This document shows, in pieces, positions 57,963 through 64,000 of a stretch of DNA of 64,000 bases. The DNA comes from an uncultured delta proteobacterium (GTDB lineage Bacteria > Myxococcota_A > Polyangia > Polyangiales > B10-G4): positions 1 through 64,000 of the forward strand of contig CAVSGI010000017.1 in NCBI GenBank assembly GCA_963727445.1, read 5' to 3'. A program made the position numbers and the translations under genes. Every line of letters begins with the position of its first letter. Position 1 is the first letter of the stretch. The notes beneath the pieces are model-generated. The model did not search any database, had not been told where the DNA came from, and was given only the letters and a program-made list of their open reading frames with translations.

Positions 57963-58377
57963 TCTCCCCGTGCCCGATAGGCACCCCGCCAGTACTGCTC
58001 GATCAGTCGCTCCCCGGTGAAGAAGGAGCCGTTGAGGGTGATGACGTGGCGCATGATCCGCCTGAACCCCTCGGGACTGCCGAAGTAGAGCCGCACGACG
58101 CTCTCGAGCTTCTGGTAGAAGAGCTCGACCTCGGTCGCGGGATCGACGGCTTGCTTCCAGCTATCGCCGACGGACCAGCCGGCGACGCCGGCGAGGTCCA
58201 TGTCGTAGCCCTCCAGGTAGACGATGTCGATGGCGTCTCGAAGCTCTTCCGCGTGCCTGAAGATGCGCCGAATCATCTCCTTGCCCCCCTCGTCGCCCGG
58301 GTGGGCCTTGCCTTTAACCCTGCCGATGCACCAGCGTGACGCCCAAAGCTGCGGTGCCCGGGCGGGACCTCGGCCAT
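57959..58377 (-). pseudogene. glgP: Alpha-glucan (glycogen) phosphorylase remnant with large internal deletions
   Basis: GVTLVHRQG-stop joined to GKAHPGDEGGKEMIRRI...YLEGYDMDLA, joined directly to GVAGWSVG...LNGSFFTGERLIEQY; PLP motif EASGTSGMK absent. Confidence 0.8.
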
Positions 58378-58402
58378 CTCCGCCGATCGATCGAGCGACG
58401 GA

Positions 58403-58894
58403 TCACTCCGCCGCGGCGGCGCGTCGTCGATCGCGGGCGACCGCGATCTCCGAGCGCGGCTGGCAAACGGCGGCGAGGGTCTCTGTGACCGCGCGCTCCA
58501 TCCCGTTGCGCTTGCGCGAGCTGGCCGCGTGCCGCGCGATGTCGTTGAGCGACAGCAAGCCCACCGGACGTTTCTCCGAGTCCACGATCGGGATCCGACG
58601 GATCTGCATTCTCTGCATCAGGCGCTCGGCGTTCTCGATGGCCTCGTTCGGACGGCTGGTGTGCACCGTGGTCGCCATCGCCGAGCTCAGCGCAATGGCC
58701 TCGAGGGGCTTCCCCTGGGTGTAGGCCGCCATGCAGATGTCGCGGTCTGTGATCATTCCGGTGACGCGACCTTCATCGTTCAAGACCGGCAGGGCGCCGC
58801 AGTCGTTCTCCCACATCAGGCGCGCTGCAGCCTCGAGGCTGTCGTTCGCGTGACACGTCACCGCGGGCTTGCTCATGATCTCTAGAATCTCCAT
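58403..58894 (-). CDS. CBS-pair domain protein, paralog of 42956-43450
   Basis: AARLMWENDCGALPV..TDRDICMAAYTQG..IRRIPIVD..PVGLLSLNDIARH; AGGAGG RBS. Confidence 0.93.
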   Translation of the reverse strand: MEILEIMSKPAVTCHANDSLEAAARLMWENDCGALPVLNDEGRVTGMITDRDICMAAYTQGKPLEAIALSSAMATTVHTSRPNEAIENAERLMQRMQIRRIPIVDSEKRPVGLLSLNDIARHAASSRKRNGMERAVTETLAAVCQPRSEIAVARDRRRAAAAE

Positions 58895-58939
58895 GGGTCC
58901 TCCTGGTTACGGCCGCCGTGTTGGGGCCCGCGGCCCTGA

Positions 58940-58955
58940 TGCACGCATCGCGCCA
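58940..58955 (-). promoter_or_regulatory. sigma54 promoter
   Basis: Minus strand TGGCGCGATGCGTGCA upstream of the CBS gene. Confidence 0.7.
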
Positions 58956-58996
58956 TCGAGGCGTCCGTGATTCTCACGGCAGTCTCATGGTCGGGA

Positions 58997-59035
58997 GTGC
59001 GAGATTTTCCGTGGCGTGTGTGGAGGATCTCCCGC
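58997..59035. promoter_or_regulatory. Tandem 18-bp motifs, putative shared UAS of divergent sigma54 promoters
   Basis: GTGCGAGATTTTCCGTGG (58997-59014) and GTGTGGAGGATCTCCCGC (59018-59035). Confidence 0.6.
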
Positions 59036-59087
59036 GGACCGACCTGCCGCGCGCTTCGATGATTGCGAGGGCCATGGGAACGTGAGC

Positions 59088-59103
59088 CGGCCTACTCCTT
59101 GCT
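59088..59103 (+). promoter_or_regulatory. Putative sigma54 promoter
   Basis: CGGCCTACTCCTTGCT = GG-N10-GC with TTGCT -12 box, upstream of GGAGG RBS. Confidence 0.55.
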
Positions 59104-59127
59104 GGCGATCGGTCCGGAGGTCCCAAG

Positions 59128-59301
59128 ATGATGACATCGGACATTCTCTGGTGGGTCACCGTCGTTCTCGCGGCAGGCTGGGTTGCGAGCGTCGTCAACG
59201 TGGACGCGCCCGGAATCCTCACCCATCTGCTCCTCGTGGGGGCCGTGGGGGTCGCCGTCGCTCGGAAGGTCGCGTTGACGCGTCGCTCTCACTCAGAGTG
59301 A
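59128..59301 (+). CDS. 57-aa two-TM membrane protein, lmo0937/DUF5670-like (below ORF-track cutoff)
   Basis: GGAGG RBS; MMTSDILWWVTVVLAAGWVASVVNVDAPGILTHLLLVGAVGVAVARKVALTRRSHSE; stop 9 bp before the kinase ATG. Confidence 0.75.
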   Translation: MMTSDILWWVTVVLAAGWVASVVNVDAPGILTHLLLVGAVGVAVARKVALTRRSHSE

Positions 59302-59310
59302 GGAGACCCG

Positions 59311-61250
59311 ATGAACGAAGCAGAAGCTGCCCTTCGCACCGAGCGCGACTTCGCGGAGGGCCTCCTCGATACGGCGCCGGTGATCGTGCTCGTCCTCGAC
59401 ACGAAAGGACGAATCGTTCGCTACAACCCGTATCTCGAGCGCATCTCCGGGCGCCGCTTCGAAGAGGTCGAGGGCGCCGATTGGTTCGAGACCTTCGTGC
59501 CCGAGGAGCTGCGGCGCGAGAGGTGGGAGACCTTCTCGCGAGCACTCCAAGGCGAGTGGGCGGGAGAGCTCGTGAGGCCGATCGTGACGAAGGACGGACA
59601 GATCCGCGAGATCGAGTGGTGCCACACGGAGCTCACGGCGCCGGGGGAGAGCTTCGCGGCCTTCTGGGGGTAGGCCGGGACGTCACCGACCAGCGTCGCT
59701 TCGAGCGAGAAGCGCGCCACGCCCAGAAGATGGAAGCGGTCGGCACGCTCGCGGCGGGGATCGCGCACGACTTCAACAACCTCTTGATGGGAATCATGGG
59801 GATGGCCGAGATGGCCGAGAACAGACTCCACGATCCCGAGATGGTGGCGAGCCACATTCGGGAGATCCGAAATGCGACGAAGAGCGGCGTCTCCATCGTC
59901 AGTCAGCTCCTGACCTTCAGCAAGAGGAGCGCGCTCGAGCGCACGGAGGTCGAGGTCGATCGTGCGCTCGAAGCATCCGCCGCCATGCTGGGGACGCTTC
60001 TCGGAGAAGGCGTGAGGCTCGAAACCAGCCTCGATGCGAAGGGCGCGCGCGTGCTCCTCGCGCCCGGCCATCTCGAGCAGATCATGATGAACCTGGCGGC
60101 GAATGCGCGTCATGCCATGCCCAGCGGGGGCGTCTTCAGCGTCGAGACCTCCTGGACCTCACTCGACCCGGACGAGGCGAGGGCCAAAGAAGTGCGCCCC
60201 GGTCGCTTCCTCCGCCTTCGTGTGTGCGATACGGGCATCGGCATGGACGAGCCGACGCGCGCGCGCGTCTTCGAGCCCTTCTTCACTACGAAGCGCGACG
60301 CGGGGACCGGGCTCGGGCTGTCGACGATCTATGGAATCGTGAGAGGGTGCGAGGGGCACGTCGAGGTCGAGAGCTCGCCTGGCGTTGCGACGACATTCAC
60401 GCTCCTCTTGCCCCACGCCAGGACCTGTGAGGCGCTCGAGCGCCCCCCACAGCAGGTTCAGCTCGGCCAGGACGAGCCGACCGTCCTGATTGTCGAGGAC
60501 GAGGAGCTCGTTCGGATGACGGTTTGTCACTACCTCTGCAAGGCCGGCTACGCCGTGCGCGAGGCAGCCAGCGCAGAGCAGGCCCTCGAACTGTGCCGCG
60601 CGCACCGCGTGGCGGCGGTTCTCAGTGATGCGGCGCTACCGGGGCTCTCCGGACCGGAGCTCATCCACCGCCTGGAGCAGGAGGGCTTGCAAATCCCGGT
60701 CGCGTTGATGAGCGCCTACCCCCGGGACGTGCTCCTCGAGCGCCACGAGCGCATCCCGCCCGAGACTCCGACGATTCAGAAGCCTTTCTCCCAAGAGGAG
60801 GCGGTGGCGCTGGTCGACCGCCTGGTGAAAGCCGACGAGGCGTCGGCGCCGCCTGCCGAAGTCACAGGCTGCGAGATCTCCGTCCCCCCCGTCGTCCTGC
60901 TCCTCGAGGACAATGCGGTCGCCCGATCGGCGGTCGAAGAGTTGTTCGCCGACCTGCGCTATGAGCTCATGGCCGCCTCCGACATCGGCGACGCCCTCGA
61001 GCTGGTGCAGGCACGGGGAGGTGTCGATTTGGTGCTCACCGACATCCGCCTCCCGGATGGGACGGGACCCGAGCTCATCGAACGACTCAGAAAGATTTAT
61101 CCGGGCGCGCGCGCCGTCTACGTGAGTGGGCTCCCGCGCGACGAAGAGATCGACGCGGTGGTCGAGCGCCACCGCGCGGTCTTCGTCCAGAAGCCCGTCG
61201 ACTTCTCGACGCTGGCGGAGGTCGTGGAGCGGCAGCTCGCGGCGGACTGA
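59311..61250 (+). CDS. Hybrid PAS histidine kinase with two receiver domains (frameshift near 59665)
   Basis: PAS (LDTKGRIVRYNPYLERISG), AHDFNNLL, NLAANARHAM, DTGIGM, GTGLGL, REC1 LIVEDE, REC2 LLLEDN. Confidence 0.92.
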
Positions 61251-61267
61251 GACACGCGCGCGCCGGT

Positions 61268-61522
61268 TCACGCGGCGAAGGGCTCCTCCTCTTCCTCTTC
61301 TTCCTGGTCGCCCTCACCCGGGAGACCGGCGGTGGCGCGCAGCCGGCACAGGCGCTCGACGTCGTCGACCAGCGCCGCGACATCATCGGCACGAAAGAGA
61401 GTACTGCGGCTCATCGCTCGCAGCGCGGGAAGGGAGAATGCGCCCTCGGCGACGATCGCGAGCACGTCCGCGTCACTCATCGTGGCAACGATATCGGCCG
61501 CGAGTCCCGTCAAGCTACTCAC
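61268..61522 (-). CDS. Small hypothetical protein with poly-Glu tail
   Basis: GTG start overlaps the upstream stop (GTGA 61522-61519); MSSLTGLAADIV...EEEEEEEPFAA. Confidence 0.65.
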   Translation of the reverse strand: MSSLTGLAADIVATMSDADVLAIVAEGAFSLPALRAMSRSTLFRADDVAALVDDVERLCRLRATAGLPGEGDQEEEEEEEPFAA

Positions 61523-61869
61523 GATGCCTGCTCCGTCATGTGCTCGAGCCCCCAGGCGATGTCCACCGAGCCACCCCAATCGAGTGCTGCAGCCGCACGG
61601 TCGCCGGCACGGACGAAGGCGGTCGCGATGGCGCTCGACCAGTCGACGTGTGAGGCGATGGCCCAGACCGGGGCGCCGTGCACCTCGAGGGAGACAGTGG
61701 CCTCGACTTGCAACTCCGAGCCGAGCCGTCGGACGGCTTGCAGCTGGACGTGGCACGGCGATCGCACTTGGCTCGCGAGCAGATCACCGCACTCCCGTGC
61801 TCGACGAACGATCCTTTCGTCGAATGGCAGGCCCCTCACGGTCACACTCGTTGCGTAGTGGCGCGTCAT
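61519..61869 (-). CDS. HPF/RaiA (sigma54 modulation / S30EA)-like protein, divergent
   Basis: SVTVRGLPFD..., CHVQL, VEATVSLEVHG, ASHVDWSSAIATAF match the HPF pattern. Confidence 0.6.
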   Translation of the reverse strand: MTRHYATSVTVRGLPFDERIVRRARECGDLLASQVRSPCHVQLQAVRRLGSELQVEATVSLEVHGAPVWAIASHVDWSSAIATAFVRAGDRAAAALDWGGSVDIAWGLEHMTEQAS

Positions 61870-61897
61870 GTGTTTCGCCCTCCGTCCGAGGACGGAG

Positions 61898-61913
61898 AGC
61901 AACGAGCGTGCCC
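61898..61913 (-). promoter_or_regulatory. sigma54 promoter
   Basis: Minus strand GGGCACGCTCGTTGCT, near-consensus. Confidence 0.75.
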
Positions 61914-61971
61914 ACGCCGGCAGTCGCCCCCCTCGGGCATGAATGGGCGGGACGGCTGTGAGATCTCATCG

Positions 61972-62035
61972 GCGGTCGTCTCTCCCCACGGTCCGGATCG
62001 CGAGATCCTCCGCAGGTGCGGGGAAGATTTTCCCT
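61972..62035. promoter_or_regulatory. Cluster of 18-bp UAS-like motifs between divergent sigma54 promoters
   Basis: GCGGTCGTCTCTCCCCAC (61972-61989), TCGCGAGATCCTCCGCAG (61998-62015), GCGGGGAAGATTTTCCCT (62018-62035). Confidence 0.6.
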
Positions 62036-62074
62036 GCCCGCCTCTTGGAGCGAGCCATCCGCAGGCCGGCCGGG

Positions 62075-62090
62075 TGGCATGCCCCGTGCT
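62075..62090 (+). promoter_or_regulatory. sigma54 promoter
   Basis: TGGCATGCCCCGTGCT upstream of ATG 62131. Confidence 0.7.
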
Positions 62091-62130
62091 CCGGATAACG
62101 CGAGGAGGGGCAAGCGCAGGGAAGCACCTC

Positions 62131-62943
62131 ATGAAGAAGCGAACATTCGAAGTCGGGAACCTGGAGCGGGTCCGCGAGCCTTATCTGTTTCGAGAAAAGG
62201 AGATCCGGCTGCAGATGCGTCGGTGCGGGGGTGACGATTGGGTGGGGTGCAGCTGCCCGACGGTGCGCGACGAGCGCGGTGAGGTGATCGGACTGTTGAC
62301 CGTCTGCCCGCCCCACATGGTGGAAGACAGCGCTGGATGCATGACTGCCAGGAAGACCCGCCCCTCGTTTGGGGGTCAGGTCGCGCTCGTCGACGCACTG
62401 CAGGCGATGGTCCGGCAGGGGTGGTCGCAGGTCGAAATCGCCGATAGGCACGGGGAGCGCTGCGTGCAGCTCGACCTGTCTGCGCTCGCGGACACGGTCC
62501 GTGCGAACGAGCTACCCGGGGAGGTCTCGGTCCGGGCCCTGCCGGCATCGCACCTGCCGAGGCGCCATCGCATCGTCATCGCCGCGGTGACCGCGCCGCT
62601 GCTCCTCTTTTCCGGCGCCCTGGCCCTGGTGCCAGCGTTCGGAGCCCTCATCCCCTTCGGGCTGTTGCTGGTCCTCGCCGTCGCGCTCCCGCTGCTGCCT
62701 GCGCTGAAGAGCGCCCCACGCGCGCGGAGCAGGGCTGGCGCGCGGGGCTTCGTGACCGACGTCTCGACGCACGCGGAAACGGACCAGGCGCCCGCGCCGA
62801 AGAGCGCACCTCCACGCCGCCGAGCTGGTCCCTCCTCGGCTCCCCGACCGTCATCTTCGGGCGTGTTTCCGGCACATTCGGCACATCGAGAGGCAGCGGA
62901 GGAAGAGCAACCTGCGTCACGGGGTCCCTCGCGCGTCGCGTGA
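62131..62943 (+). CDS. Membrane protein with degenerate CBS-like N-domain and two TM helices
   Basis: PTVRDERGEVIGLLT and LVDALQAMVRQGWSQVEIADRHG resemble CBS repeats; hydrophobic IVIAAVTAPLLL...LLLVLAVALPLL. Confidence 0.65.
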   Translation: MKKRTFEVGNLERVREPYLFREKEIRLQMRRCGGDDWVGCSCPTVRDERGEVIGLLTVCPPHMVEDSAGCMTARKTRPSFGGQVALVDALQAMVRQGWSQVEIADRHGERCVQLDLSALADTVRANELPGEVSVRALPASHLPRRHRIVIAAVTAPLLLFSGALALVPAFGALIPFGLLLVLAVALPLLPALKSAPRARSRAGARGFVTDVSTHAETDQAPAPKSAPPRRRAGPSSAPRPSSSGVFPAHSAHREAAEEEQPASRGPSRVA

Positions 62944-62950
62944 ACGCTCC

Positions 62951-64000
62951 TCAGCCGTTCTTTGCGCGCTCGAGCACCTCGGGCGTGACCTTGACCGGGC
63001 CCGGCATCCCGACAGGTATGGACGGCCGCCGGCGGAGGCGGCGGGGCAGGAGCTCGGCGAGCGCCTCCTCGAGGTCACTCCGCTCGAAGGGCTTCATCAG
63101 GAATCGATCTTTGTCCACGACCAGGCCTTGCGCGACGAGCTCGTGAGGCGAGTGCGCCGTCATGAAGAGAACAGAGAAGTTGTTCGGGTAGCGCACCCGA
63201 AGCTGTTTGACGAGCTGAGGCCCGCTCTCTCCAGGCAGCGTGACGTCCGTAACCACGAGCGTGAACTCGTTCCCGTAGATCTGCGCGAGCGCGAGCGCAT
63301 CGCTTCCGCTCTCTGCCTCGATCGTCTCGAAACCGAGCTCTTCGAGATAGTGGCGCACGGTGATGCGCACCAGACTGTCGTCCTCCACCAGAAGCGCACG
63401 CCCCCGGAACTTGATCTGGGGGCGCGAGCGCTGCGGCACCATCATCTTCTTTGGACAGTCGACCAGAGGCAATTCGATGACGAAGGCCGTGCCGCGTCCC
63501 GGCGCGCTGTAGACCTCGATGCGTCCGCCCAGGGCGTGCACCGTGTCGAGGGCGGTCGCGAGACCGAGTCCGGTGCCCATGTTCTTGGTGGTGAAGAAGG
63601 GGTCGAAGATCCGAGCCTTGGTTTCTGCGTCCATTCCCGAGCCCGTGTCGGCGACGACGAGTCGGACGTGACATCGCTTCGTCCCGTCGTCAGCGTCCCT
63701 CTCCACCTTTCTCGTCGAAAGCGTGAGCGTCCCGCCCGCCGGCATCGCCGCGCGCGCATTGGCGGCGAGGTTCAACAGGACCCGCTGAAGCTGCATCGGA
63801 TCGGCGAGAAGCGCGGCGTCCGGGGCATGCGTCTCTACCACGAGCTCGATGTGCTCACCGAGCAGCCGTTCGAGCAGAGCCGTCCATTCGTCGATCAGAT
63901 GATCGACAAAGACCGGCGACGGCTTCTCGGGCTGCTTGCGGCTGTAGGTCATGATCTGGGCGACCAGTGACGACCCCCGGCGACAGGACTCCAGCACCCG
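62951..64000 (-). CDS. Hybrid histidine kinase (HATPase + REC), 5' part outside window
   Basis: LLNLAANARAAM, DTGSGM, FDPFFTTK, GTGLGL, LLVEDD, VTDVTLP, MKPF. Confidence 0.92.
   Translation of the reverse strand, partial: RVLESCRRGSSLVAQIMTYSRKQPEKPSPVFVDHLIDEWTALLERLLGEHIELVVETHAPDAALLADPMQLQRVLLNLAANARAAMPAGGTLTLSTRKVERDADDGTKRCHVRLVVADTGSGMDAETKARIFDPFFTTKNMGTGLGLATALDTVHALGGRIEVYSAPGRGTAFVIELPLVDCPKKMMVPQRSRPQIKFRGRALLVEDDSLVRITVRHYLEELGFETIEAESGSDALALAQIYGNEFTLVVTDVTLPGESGPQLVKQLRVRYPNNFSVLFMTAHSPHELVAQGLVVDKDRFLMKPFERSDLEEALAELLPRRLRRRPSIPVGMPGPVKVTPEVLERAKNG

Noticed and set aside
1..64000. CRISPR array, rRNA, transposase or integrase genes
   Set aside because: No regularly spaced repeat-spacer units, rRNA signatures or DDE/tyrosine recombinase motifs were seen by eye

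Overview
High-GC DNA with hallmarks of a myxobacterium (Polyangiales-like): Ser/Thr kinase-PEGA/TPR cassettes, an FHA-sigma54 activator, many Cys-rich lipoproteins and a MYXO-CTERM-like tail. Many genes carry single-base frameshifts, very densely in the first ~5.4 kb, most simply explained by long-read consensus error. Left end (1-2943): probable end of a genomic island. It holds an Imm8-like immunity fragment and an AbiEi/AbiEii type IV toxin-antitoxin pair whose toxin has a C-terminal WYL-like domain, and ends in a 21-bp copy of a tmRNA/tRNA-Ala-type 3' end. Next is a head-to-head pair: a radical SAM enzyme and an uncharacterised protein made of three tandem copies of one domain. The middle (5.5-53 kb) holds envelope/signalling genes, an orphan HsdR_N-type nuclease, a diheme cytochrome lipoprotein, an S16 protease, a two-component pair and a giant CtpI-like P-type ATPase. 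The right end (53.5-64 kb) is the most striking part: an NtrC-family activator and PAS kinase beside five sigma54 (-24/-12) promoters. These promoters share tandem 18-bp imperfect palindromes at a near-constant distance and drive CBS, HPF-like, degenerate PolX, hybrid-kinase and small-protein genes, a candidate stress/dormancy regulon. No rRNA, complete tRNA or CRISPR array was seen. All family assignments are by-eye motif recognition, not database searches.
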